From positions 2,294,001-2,358,000 of the forward strand of contig NC_043013.1 in the NCBI RefSeq assembly GCF_006345805.1: a stretch of 64,000 nt of DNA. Reading direction: 5' to 3'. A model generated the notes under the pieces. It was not told the DNA's origin and searched no databases. It was given only the letters and a program-made list of their open reading frames with translations. Shown here piece by piece: positions 25,139 to 36,268 of this stretch. The stretch comes from Octopus sinensis (taxonomy: Eukaryota). Each line of letters begins with the position of its first letter. The stretch's first letter is position 1. The position numbers and the translations under genes are program-made.

Positions 25139-26974
25139 TGTCTCCTTGTCTTGACATTGTATTGTTGCGAATGAGTATCATTCTGTGAAAACATTTGTAA
25201 CCAGCAGGGAAATATAACCTTGCTTGAAACAGGTCAGAGTTGGTGACAGGAAGGGTATCAAGTCATAAAATATTTGCCTCAATAAACTCCATTTGACCCA
25301 CGCAAGCATGGAAAAGTGAACTCAAAACAACGATGATGATGATGATGATGAGTATAGAGTTCCAAGAAGATCTTAGACTTTTACCAAAATATTTTTGAAA
25401 TTTTTTTATTTCTCTTGTACTTTATTGATTCCGGTAAGTTATAGTTGGGTTGTTATTGCTAACATCAACTATTTCTCATGCCAGTTTCATTTGTAATTAT
25501 TGTTAAAACCAAAAAAAAAAAAAAAGCGCAGCAATTAATTAATGAGTTTTTTACTCTTTTATTGATTCCATTTACTTGGCAGTGGACATTCTGAAATGTT
25601 GCACTTCAAAGCCAAACTTTGTTCATAAAGAATTTATATATTTTTATTGTTATGGAGCATTTGAACATTTAAAAAGAGAACTTATGAAATTCTATTTTAA
25701 TTTAAGTCAATGTTTCCTAATGATTTTTTAACATTTCAAAGAAAATTTTAATGAAAATTTACTCTACTGATTATCTTTGAACATTGCTAATTAATTTCAT
25801 ATTTCAAGTGAGATAAATTCACAAGAATAAATAACTACACAGAGTGCATGCCATGATTTTACCAAAATTTTCCAGGCAAATTTTCAGAGTTTTTTTTTTT
25901 TTCACTATCTTTGCTATGTAAATTATGCTATCATACAGAATGTTACTTAATTAAATTTCATCTAATTATGAGAGATTACGATGACATAGCTTAGCAGTGA
26001 GCAAGTGATCAAACAGCATTTCTGATGAGATGTTTAGGTGGGGTTGCAATCACACAACAAAGGTCATACAGTTGGTTTGACTAAAAACACAAACTACAAA
26101 AGAAGAAAAATTAAAATAATATTTAACTACTCACCATGGATTTAGATTTATCATAAATGAAACCAACTTGAATCAGCTTTTACTGATCATCACAAAATGC
26201 AGATTTTGATTCCAATTTTGCTTTCAAATATGACTGTCACTTAAGATCTGTGGTGTGTTGGAATGAGACGACTGAGTGTAACTGTTCGGATGCTGATGAT
26301 TTAATCGGCTGATTGGTCATACAACTTAGTTTTCAACAACAGTACTTTTTGGCACTGGAGGCAAAAACACACACACGTGTGCATGTGCAGAAATATATAC
26401 ACATGCAGTTCAAGAAAGAGAGAGAGATTATGCATACACACAACTTAACAAGACGGTGCTATCAGGACAAAATTCTATGATACGAGATGGTTTCAGTTCT
26501 AAAATGATATCAACTGTTCTACATGCCAGAACATTAAACTTCGTTCAAAAGAATATAAGCGTTTATAAACCATGACGTCTTCGTATTGTTCCAAAGGATA
26601 TGAGACAGGAAGCTATTTCACTCTCTACTTCTCTGAAATGTGTGTGTGCAAGTTTAGACATGAACGTAGAGAATGTCCAGCAAGAGGTGCCATAAATGAC
26701 ACAATCACAAAAAAGTAGGGATAAGTCAATATACACACTTGAAACCGCCTGAGATTAAAATACCAGTGTGTATAATATGTGAATGCAAACATGGAAGGGC
26801 ACTGTTAAAAATGCACAGCTTTGCTCAGAATTCCAAGCCAGACACGATGTTTCAACCCGATTTGGTTTCCTCAGGAAACACCATATCTAATGATCTGAAC
26901 GAAGCCTTATCTTTTAGACATGTTTCTCTGAGACAAAATATTGCAGTCAGTGTAGTTCCACGTTTGCGCATATA

Positions 26975-27885
26975 CATGGTCTGATCAATAAGTATTCGGA
27001 CGGTTGCCATAGTAACGAAGCTAAAGCATGCAGAGTAAAGCCGCTTGACATAGGTTGACCTTGAACTCTGCTGTGCATGTGCTCTAAGTTTTAACGTTCT
27101 AGCTCACTTCTGCTGTTTACAGTAGTGCTTGGAAGGAAGGAATGTAACGTGTGATCATCGTATTGACCATACGTCATACTGACCATCGTCGTATTGACCA
27201 TGGCAGAGAAAGTTGAACAGATAATCTGCATCAAAATTTGCCAAAAGCTTGGTGATACCTGCTCAGAGACCTACGCAAAGTTTTCAACAAGTTTTTATCG
27301 TTTTCGACACAATCAAGGAGATCTTGTGTAACTGAAACCCGAGTGTCTTTTTGGTCAGCTGAAAGCAATTTTGGCAGAGACTGGGCAAGCACGCGTCTCA
27401 TGCCCAAATCTTCAGTGCTAATGGGCTGATCTGAACCGTCATTAACCTGCACATCCTCTGATAACTCACGGATGATAATTCGACGATTTCCCCTCACAGC
27501 TGCACGCACATCTGCAATGTTTTTTCTCAGTTCTGCTGGTTGCGGGTCTCCCGGAACATTCGTCAATATCGACATTTTTTCGGCCATCTTGGAAGCGTCT
27601 GAACCACTTGTACATTTTGTGTGCGGCTCATACACTCTTCTCCATACACTTTCTGCAACTTTGCGTAGGCCGCTGAGCAGGTATCGCCATGACGACTTTC
27701 TCTGTCTTTGTCAATCCGACAATCACATGCTACATACCTTTCTTCCAAGCACTACTGTAAACAGTGCAAGTGAGCTACAACGTTGAAAATTAGTGCGTAT
27801 GCACAGCATAGTTTAAGATCTTCACTCTGCATGCTTTAGCTTCGTTACTATGACAACAGTCCGGATACTTATTGATTAGACCTCG
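26975..27885. mobile_element. Two-headed (fold-back) mariner element made of two inverted 5' ends
   Basis: TA-flanked TIRs c(a/g)(t/a)ggtct(g/a)atcaataagtat(t/c)cggac. The left arm 26975-27282 runs to transposase codons MAEKVEQIICIKICQKLGDTCSETYAK; the right arm carries the same leader plus a longer frameshifted transposase N-terminus on the minus strand. Confidence 0.85.
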
Positions 27886-27928
27886 TATGTTATGCACACT
27901 TTTTTTAAATATTTTTTTCCTCGGGTAT

Positions 27929-28601
27929 GGCGGCGAGCTGGCAGAAACGTTAGCACGCCGGGCGAAATGCTTAGCGGTACTTTGTCTGCCGCTACGTTCT
28001 GAGTTCAAATTCCGCCGAGGTCGACTTTGCCTTTCGTCTTTTCGGGGTCGATTAAATAAGTACCAGTTACGTATTGGGGTCAATGTAATCGACTTAATCC
28101 CTTTGTCTGTCCTTGTTTGTATCCTCTGTTTAACCCCTTGTGGGTAGTAAAGAAATAGGCATTTCGTCAGCCGCTACGTTCTGAGTTCAAATTCCGCCGA
28201 GGTTGACTTTGCCTTTCATCCTTTCAAGGTCGATAAATTAAGTACCAGTTAGTACTGGGGTCGATGTAATCGACTTAATCTCTTTCTCTGTCCTTGTTTG
28301 TCCCCTCTGTGTTTATCCCCTTGTGGGCAATAAAGAAATAAGAAACGTTAGCATGCCGGGCGAAATGCGTAGCCGTATTTCGTCTGCCGTTACGTTCCGG
28401 GTTCAAATTCCGCCGAGGTCGACTTTGCCTTTCATCCTTCCGGGGTCGATAAATTAAGTACCAGTTACACACTTGGGTCGATATAATCGACTGAATCCGT
28501 TTGTCTTTCCTTGTTTAGCCCCTTGTGGGTAGTAAAGAAATAGGTATTTCGTCTGCCGCTACGTTCTGAGTTCAAATTCCGCCGAGGTCGACTTTGCCTT
28601 T
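27929..28601 (+). repeat. Head-to-tail array of 3 full and 1 partial family B SINE units
   Basis: Units 27929-28159, 28160-28340, 28341-28544, 28545-28601, each with gagttcaaattccgccgaggt(c/t)gactttgccttt. Confidence 0.9.
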
Positions 28602-28604
28602 GCA

Positions 28605-29135
28605 TAAAACGATAAGGTACCTTTCCCTGGTTGAGGGGTTGGGAATTTGTGACTCTTGTATGTTTGCATTATTTGTGTTCGTGTCTGATGGGGTAAGGAG
28701 AAGGCTGGTGTGTGCGATGTGATGAGATTTCGGGTGTGGAGCAGGAGGGAAGGGATGGGAATGAGTTGGGGTTCTTCCTTGCTGATTTCCTATTTCCTTC
28801 TCTTCCTCCTCTTCGTGCCCACTTCTGTCCATTCTGTTGATTTTTCTTTTTGTACTCCTGGTTTTTCGTTTCCATCCTTATCAATTCTTGGTGTTACAAC
28901 TGTCGGAGACGCGGTCTCCACTGGAGCTTCTTTTGATCCTTCTACCTGGAGGAGGGAAGCACTTGGCTTTTATGTATCCCAACTGTCCACAGTTGTAGCA
29001 CCTCGGCCTTCTGCCTTCCACCACAACCCAAAGCCTCACCTCGTCTCCCACCGTTATGGTATTGATCATTTCGTCCATGTCCTCTAAAGCAGCCTGGATT
29101 ATTATTTCCAGTGTTTGCCCCAGCCAATTCTAGTA
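28605..29135 (-). mobile_element. ORF1 (gag-like zinc knuckle) fragment of an L1/Tx1-like LINE
   Basis: LWVVVEGRRPRCYNCGQLGYIKAKC = CX2CX4(H>Y)X4C knuckle followed by a basic low-complexity tail with frameshifts. Confidence 0.6.
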
Positions 29136-29359
29136 GTACTGCCGCAAGGCAGCAAAAACAGTGTAGAAAAACACAAAACAAGAAAATAACGTTACAATTA
29201 CATGAAACGAGCGAGCTATTTACGCGAACTCGGAACCTTGGCATAACGGCGTCTACGACGTTAAGAGAATAAAAAATCTGTTGCATGGACTCGGTGGAAA
29301 TTCTTCTTACCAATTTATGACATATACGTGCATTCGAGCGTAGCAGGGAACAGCTAGCC

Positions 29360-30530
29360 TGTTAGCCGCTATTTGTATCCCATTGTGTCCACTACTCTGG
29401 TTGGTATTGGCGCAATTTGTCTCTTACTCTGTCGCGCCAACTTGCCGTGGATAACCAGTCGGAGGCCCTAAATAGGATCACGTGGGACAGTCTGTTTACT
29501 ACCCTGATTTTAACTAACAGTTCCTTATAAAAACTCATCTTTTCCTCATTCCGAAGTCTTTGGTTCCAGACCTTTTAAGATCCAGCCACTGACCACAAAG
29601 ACAACCAGTTCCGGAGGCAACACCAGGCGATACCTCTACCACAGCGCTGAGACTTACCAACTTCGTCCAACAGCATCACGACACCTCCGTCTTCGTCGCC
29701 ACCATCATGTCCTTAACGTCATCAACATTATCTCTCTTCGTACACAGCTCAGCAAGCAATTCACCCAGGTTTCAACAACTCACTGTTCGTGAATTATTTC
29801 ACCACGGATCAACAGCGAATATACGACCTGCATAAACTCCTGTACAAGTGACCTAGGCAGCAGCATCACAGCCACGACTTCACGTTCGACATGTACTTGT
29901 CACCGGCTCAGCATCATGGCCGCGGCTTCTTGGTATAGTATTTCAACTACCGTGTACTATTGACTACGATCTGGTATTATTATTATCTTGTGTCACTTCG
30001 ATGGCTATAGACTCCTTCACTGTCTCCTTCTTCATTGCAATCTTTATATGTTCTTAACACGCGCATACATCTATGGTTACACACACACATACACTTGGTT
30101 TAACTTCACGCTGTTTGTGAATATTTCACCATAGTTAACAGCAAGTCTACCTGCGATAACCTTCTGTTCCAAGTAACCCGGCACAGCATAGAAGCCACAA
30201 CCGCTTACTTGACATGAGTTTCAACCGGCTCTGCAATTGTAGCCTCAACTTCTTGTACAGAACTAACTATTGTGTAACTTACTACGAACTGGTATTTATC
30301 TCCATCTTGTGTCTGAACTTCTAGCGTCCTGTTATAGACTCTTTCTATTGCTCTGTATTTTATCTCACACGCATACACCCTTGTTTGAACACACATACAC
30401 ATTATGTATGCTTGACGGCCTGTCTATTGTCTGTTATTATTGTTCTTATTATATATCTACTTATGTCGCACACATAGTCACACACTCTGCTACCCACATT
30501 TTAACATCGAAATAAAACATTTCTCTTACA
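29360..30530 (+). mobile_element. Possible LTR
   Basis: Starts TGTTAG, ends CTTACA; TATAAAAA at 29526 followed by a pyrimidine tract; AATAAA at 30511, just before the terminal ACA; CpG-retaining. No TSD or PBS recognised. Confidence 0.35.
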
Positions 30531-30814
30531 TCATACGGTAGTGTCGTCTTCTCCTTATTTCATTCTGGCGCTTATTCATTTATCCGTATTTTGGCTTTTA
30601 TTCATTTGTCACCATCTTTTCGCACGGTCGTTCTACAAACTGGAAGCAATTCATAAAAGCCTATGCCACCCCAGAACAACGAGGTTCCTACATTACTGTT
30701 AAGCCCATAGCTGTAGGATCTGTTGTGAACTTAAGCCAAACTTCTGTCGTCCACATCCGGAATCCTTGATACAGGCTACCCTATCCTGGAAACGAATGCC
30801 TATCGACTTTGCTA

Positions 30815-31170
30815 GACCGATGACCAAGAAGCCTGCCTCCCAACCACACAGTTCCGAGTTCAGTCCTACTGAGTGGCACCTTGGGCAAGTTTTCTTGCAC
30901 TATAGCCTCAAGCCGACCAAAGCTTTGTGAGTGGGTTTGGTAGACGGAAACATACATACGTGTGTGTTTGTCCCCTACCACCGTTTCACAACCGGTGATG
31001 GGTTGTTTACGTCCCCGTAACATTAACGGTTCGGCAAAAGAGACCGATAGAATAAGTATTGGGCATAAAAATTAAGTACTGGGGCCTATTCGTTCGACTA
31101 AAATTTTCAACGCGGTGCCCCAGCTTGACCACGGTCTAATCACTGAAACAAGTGAAACTAAAAGATAACG
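30815..31170 (+). mobile_element. Family A CORE-type SINE
   Basis: Core ggcaccttgggcaagttttcttgcactatag and tail ggtgccccagc...ctgaaacaag. Confidence 0.8.
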
Positions 31171-31529
31171 TGGGTCCGTATGTTCTTAAGATTGAATAAA
31201 AACCTTCAGTTGTCGCATCTTCAGCGTTTAGATGCAAAATGCCTTATTTCCTCTACTTTTGTCCCACTAAAACGAATTTCCTATTTTTCCGATACTCGTT
31301 GTTTCTGCGTTATATTTACATTATACTACCAAGATTTAAAATCTGAAAAGCAGAATTGTTTTGTGTCTTTTGGACCCACTTAATTGGTCCCAGTAATCCA
31401 GCTTTCCCAGAATAGGCTTTACTTTCGTTTCCCTACGTTCTTTATTTCATATTTTACTGTGGCCAATAAAGTAGAAACTACTAAAAGGGTAAAGACCCCG
31501 TTCAGTCGTGAATGACCATGGGACTACAC

Positions 31530-32410
31530 CTAGAAAGTTATCTTCCGAGGCGAAAAGGAGGAATCCACCAAGATACCCAGGTCCTTTACCTGATCGGTCC
31601 TCTCCAGCAGCAGACGACCCGGCTCGAAATCAAGTTGAGTTGCAGGAGGAGAGCCAACAGGCAGATGACAGCACTTTGACACGTTCAGACACAGGTTCCA
31701 TTCGTTAGACCACCTCCAAATTTGGTGGAGGCATCGACGAAGATCCTCTATATCACCGCGAGGAGCGACCAGTTTGACATCGTCGGCAAATAGAAGGGTG
31801 TGTTGCGTGAGGTCGTCGGGCAAGTCATTTATGAAGACTAAGAACAATAAGGGCCTAAGCAATGAACCTTGAGGCACGCCACTGCTCGCACTGGAGACGT
31901 CGGACCGCGAACCATTAACTTGGACTTGGAAGGAGTGATCTGAGAGGAAGGCACCAACCCATCGTACAATATCCGGATGGAAACTATATGCTTGAAGCTT
32001 GACAAGTAATAGGCGGTGGTTTACCGAGTCTAAAGCTTTGGCAAAGTCCAATAAAACGATGTCAACAGCATCACTATCATCGAGGATGCGCGTCACCAAT
32101 TCTTCCATTACCAGTAAGTTGGTCAAGAATGATCTCTTCGGCACGAAGCCGTGTTGGGAATCAGAGATAAAGGCTGTGTTTTGGAGGTGGAGCATCATAC
32201 TTTTCTTAAGGATGGTTTCGAACATCTTGCTGATTATTGATGTAAGGGAAACCGGTCGGTAGTTAAGCGGGTCTTCGCGGCTCCCTTTCTTGAAAATTGG
32301 GCAGATTATCGCTGTTCTCTAGTCCGCAGGTATAACATCCGTCGCCAATGACATATTGAATAGACGTGTTAAGGGCTCGCAGATGACCGGAGCCAACGCT
32401 TTGATAAACC
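31530..32410 (-). pseudogene. Disrupted reverse transcriptase domain of the same LINE
   Basis: Frameshift near 32410, in-frame TAG at 32321-32319 (W to stop), substitutions in conserved motifs (QGSLLRPLLF, KALDSV). Confidence 0.88.
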
Positions 32411-34881
32411 CGTGGGTGTATGCCGTCAGGGTCGTGACCCTTGTTGACATCGAGGCCTTGAATAACACGTTTGACTTCGTCCCGCGTGATGACCAATCGA
32501 AGCATTGGAGGTACCGATCTATCAAATGGAGGGGGTTCACGACCATCATCTTGTTTGAAAATAGTTGAAAAAGCCTCGGCAAATAATTGACTCTGTTGAT
32601 AAGGGTCCTCAATCGATACGCCTGTTGAGTCTACCAACGTTGCAATTTGGTTGTTCAAGCGGGAATTCCGTTGGACATGGGCAAAGAAGGTATTTGGATT
32701 GCTACTGGCGTTTGCCGCGATTTTGTATTCATAACTGAAGCGTTCTTCCTTTTCAATTTTCACGGCTCGGATTCGTTGAGTTTTGTACACCTCAAAAGCA
32801 GCAGTCGAATCCAGATTTTTGAATTCAGCCCAAGCAATATCTCTGAGTCGAAGTTCTCGTTTAACCTTCTTCGTCACCCAGGGCTTGTGTTTCTTCTTCT
32901 TGGGAAGCCCAACGGGAACTGCCTGGTCAGTCAACCAGATTACATATGCTTTGAGGGATGACCATAGTTCGTCAACTGAGGACAACGTCATCAGGGATCG
33001 CCAGTCCAGAAGCGCGGAAGCCTCGGTTAGAATTTCAAGATTAATTGCAGAGAAGACTCTACGTGGCAGTGAAGTAGTCGTGGGCGTAGAAAAAGTTGTG
33101 TGCATGACGAACTTCAGGACCGCATGATCACTCTTGGCAAGAGGGGCGCACACAAATACGTCTGACACTGATCTTGGATAGCGGGAGAATACCAGATCCA
33201 GCATAGATGGCTGCTGCCCAAACCGATGCCTTGTCGGATATTCAACATGTTGCGATAGAAAACAATCTTCAGCCACGTCAAGAAGGGCCTGGCCGAACCG
33301 GGAAGATGTTGTACAAATTGATGCGGGCCAATCGATCATGGGAGCGTTGAAGTCTCCTAATATCAAACAGTCATGCGAAGCTGAAACGAATCTTATCGCT
33401 TCGAGTAAATGAGCATCGTCCTGGGGGTCGGCAAGAGGCGGCCTGTAGACAGCTAACACGGGCAGGCAAAACTCGGATAGGCTCAGCTTGCAATAGACGG
33501 CATCGAATTTTGTTGTAGGTTGAGCATTAGTGGGTAGAATACCGCTGGACGGTTTGTGCTCAGATTTGACATACACAGTAACACCTCCACCTCGCCTTTT
33601 TTCTCTGTCACATCCGAAAAGGACGTAGCCTTGTGGGTGGATTTCTGAGTCCTTTACTGCTGGAGTCAGCCAAGTTTCGGTGATAGCTATCACATCAGGG
33701 GAGTCACGCATGACCAGTGTAAATAGTTCGCTGGACTTTGGAAATAAGGAGCACGAGTTGGTATAGACGATGCTGAGCTGTGAAGTTTGAGGGGCGGGAG
33801 TTGGGGAACAAGCAGAATAAGGGGTATCAGAGATAGCATCGTTGACGGGGGTATCTACTTTACTTCGATTCGCCCTCAATTCACTTTCCCTGTCAGCACT
33901 ACAGCATGCGACCAGAGGTAGGACTTGATTATTTGTCCATCTTGGATGCGTAAACCCTTCTCTCCCATCTGTTTTCTCATCTTCAGTTCGGATATTAGGT
34001 TGGAATCTTCCTAGCCGAGCGACCTTATGGATACTGACATTTTCGTTGACAGAGAACAATTCTCCAACTAAAATGGAAACAAAATTTGTGTCTTCTTTTA
34101 GGCGGTTTATGCCTGTATCACAGGTGGATTCAGCTTTACCATAACTGATTTCTGATCTTGAGTGGGCAAAATGTTCTCTACTATGAGCTGCGGCATTCGA
34201 TTCTTCGTTGGATGTTTTCGAAAGGGTGGTTTCATAGCCATCAGACTTATGTCGGTCTGTGGGGTCGATCGGAATGGGTTTAGTGGTCATAACTTTCCCG
34301 CCTGGTTTGGAACTGCACTGCCTCTTCTTCGGTTTGGGGGAGCACCACTCCCCAGATGAATTCACATCGAGATCGTTCAGAATTGGTTGAGCAATGGCAT
34401 TAATGGGAAGGACAAGTGAGGGAGAATCCAAACAGATTTTATCGTGATCAGGTTTCATAGCCAAATCTGTCCCACTGGAGTTTTGACTACGTTTCTTCTT
34501 TTGGGGAGAACAACGGTCTTCAGGTGGGTTTGAGTCTACGCTCCTCAAATTAGGTTGGGGAACCTCCGGGACCGAAAAGGCAGATGAGGAAGAATCCGCA
34601 CAGGAACGATCATGTGCGGAAACGACCACCGGTTCCTTCGCCTTTTTTGGCCGCTTCGATTTTGTTCCCTTCGGTTTGGACGTCTCCAGGGAAGAAATCA
34701 AGGGTGGCTCTACGTCAATAGGAGACTGTTTATTCAGTAAATGAGCAACAACAGACTTTAGGTGCTCGACCTCTTGTTTGAGCAACAGCAACTGCTCGTT
34801 GAGATGACTGTTGGTAGGACCATCATCCCGATGAGAAGCCCTTCTCGCAGATCTCAGTTTCGATCTGTAGGTAGCTGACAT
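32263..34881 (-). CDS. 872-aa LINE ORF: coiled-coil/ORF1-like N-terminus in frame with apurinic-like endonuclease; frameshifts out at the start of RT
   Basis: ORF track; heptad LLLLKQEVEHLKSVVAHLL, ORF1-like VSIHKVARLGR, full APE motif set, break after GHDPDGIHPRV. Confidence 0.85.
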   Translation of the reverse strand: MSATYRSKLRSARRASHRDDGPTNSHLNEQLLLLKQEVEHLKSVVAHLLNKQSPIDVEPPLISSLETSKPKGTKSKRPKKAKEPVVVSAHDRSCADSSSSAFSVPEVPQPNLRSVDSNPPEDRCSPQKKKRSQNSSGTDLAMKPDHDKICLDSPSLVLPINAIAQPILNDLDVNSSGEWCSPKPKKRQCSSKPGGKVMTTKPIPIDPTDRHKSDGYETTLSKTSNEESNAAAHSREHFAHSRSEISYGKAESTCDTGINRLKEDTNFVSILVGELFSVNENVSIHKVARLGRFQPNIRTEDEKTDGREGFTHPRWTNNQVLPLVACCSADRESELRANRSKVDTPVNDAISDTPYSACSPTPAPQTSQLSIVYTNSCSLFPKSSELFTLVMRDSPDVIAITETWLTPAVKDSEIHPQGYVLFGCDREKRRGGGVTVYVKSEHKPSSGILPTNAQPTTKFDAVYCKLSLSEFCLPVLAVYRPPLADPQDDAHLLEAIRFVSASHDCLILGDFNAPMIDWPASICTTSSRFGQALLDVAEDCFLSQHVEYPTRHRFGQQPSMLDLVFSRYPRSVSDVFVCAPLAKSDHAVLKFVMHTTFSTPTTTSLPRRVFSAINLEILTEASALLDWRSLMTLSSVDELWSSLKAYVIWLTDQAVPVGLPKKKKHKPWVTKKVKRELRLRDIAWAEFKNLDSTAAFEVYKTQRIRAVKIEKEERFSYEYKIAANASSNPNTFFAHVQRNSRLNNQIATLVDSTGVSIEDPYQQSQLFAEAFSTIFKQDDGREPPPFDRSVPPMLRLVITRDEVKRVIQGLDVNKGHDPDGIHPRVYQSVGSGHLRALNTSIQYVIGDGCYTCGLENSDNLPNFQEREPRRPA

Positions 34882-35199
34882 GATAGATGGTTGACTAAAA
34901 ACAATCTTCTATGGGCTCTAGGACAAATCGGAGTTAAATCAGGAACAAAAACAGCTGCAATCCTTGTAGGAGTAGGCAACAGCAGACAAAATCTGAGAGA
35001 GTTTGGGCTGAACCGAATCACAATCCAAGATTGAAAGCAGACGGTGAAACGAGTCGGGAACCCTTCCTAGTTGTCTGAAGCAGCTTTAGGATAAGGAATA
35101 GTAGGTCCAACTTTAGAATATTGATATGCATATAAAATGTTCCACACGATTAAATATCATTTGACGTGCCATTTGTAAGCCCATAACTTATTCTATCCG

Positions 35200-35463
35200 C
35201 TAAGTGACGGGGACATAAACACACCAGCATCGGTTGTCAAGCAATGCTAGGGGGACAAACACAGACACACAAACACATACATATATATATATACATATAT
35301 ACGGCGGGCTTCTTTCAGTTTCCGTCTACCAAATCCACTCACAAGGCATTGGTCGGCCCGGGGCTATAGCAGAAGACACTTGCCCAAGATGCCAGGCAGT
35401 GGGACTGAACCCGGAACCATGTGGTTGGTTAGCAAGCTACTTACCACACAGCCACTCCTGCGC
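35200..35463 (-). mobile_element. Family A SINE, CpG-retaining (young) copy
   Basis: Reverse complement of the family A head and core. Confidence 0.85.
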
Positions 35464-35967
35464 CTATGGAAAAAGTGTCCATGGAAAAATTGTCTTGCAT
35501 AAACGGTCAGTGGAAAAAATTGTCTTACATGAAACGGTCAGTGGCGCAAAAAAAAAAATACGTTCTGCAGCTCTAAAGAATATTATTTTCAAGACGAGAT
35601 CATTCTTGCTGTGAAACGAAGAAGGTTCAGTCAGAAATCACCTTCACTGAAAGATGCAGATCAAAGGGAGATAATATTTACTGCAGCTCGATTATTCCCC
35701 CTGTCTTTCTTAATCTTAAGCTATTTCAAAAATATTCTTCGACGAATTGCTGCCAGTCATTTATTTTTATCCATTTCGCTTAATTTTCTTTTTGTCCCCA
35801 GAAATAGAGCATCTTTTTTTCTTCGATACTTGTTTCTTTCCTTTACCCACAACAACATTATATTGTAAAGGTTTAAACAATGAAATTCAGAATCGTTTTA
35901 CTTATGTCTCTCCACTCCAAATAATTGGACCCAGCAGACCAGCTTTTGCTGCATAGTTGAGGCCCCT

Positions 35968-36268
35968 ATGGAGAAGTTCTTGAGCAGATAAGGCCGAAAA
36001 TGTCGCTAGAAGCTGGGATCACCAAGCGTAGATTGGCATATTTCGGTCATATTATGCGGAGAGAATCCCTGGAGAAGGACATCATGCTCGGAATGGTGAA
36101 TGGCAAGAGAGGAAGAGGCCGACCAAGAACCCGCTGGCTTGACGCCATCAGGAGTGATACCGGAATGGACATGGCCAGTCTGAAGGAAGCGGCCCAGGAT
36201 AGAACTGACTGGAGGTCACTGATCCAAAGAGTGACCGAGAGTCAACTTCGACTTAGCGGTTAGAGAGA
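35968..36268 (+). mobile_element. 3' end of an RTE (BovB-like) LINE
   Basis: ORF 36000..36263 RRLAYFGHIMRR...GKRGRGRPRTRWLD...AAQDRTDWR, the canonical RTE C-terminus. Confidence 0.9.

Larger units (their letters stand above)
31489..35090 (-). mobile_element. Near-intact CR1-group LINE (5' UTR, ORF1-like + APE, RT), 3'-truncated and fused to a SINE-type tail
   Basis: APE motifs YTNSCSL, IAITETWL, GGGV..YV, YRPP, LGDFNAP, LDLVF, SDH; RT motifs NYRPVSLTS, QHGF, DFAKA.DSV, GVPQGS, FADDVK, DLGILVD; coding ends at SSFSP. Confidence 0.92.

Noticed and set aside
27929-28601. CRISPR-like repeat array
   Set aside because: Whole units of about 180-230 bp repeat with no unique spacers; eukaryotic SINE sequence; no cas genes
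31530-34881. Bacterial contamination, retron or host gene as the source of the GC-rich long ORF
   Set aside because: APE plus non-LTR RT motifs identify a LINE, embedded among host SINEs
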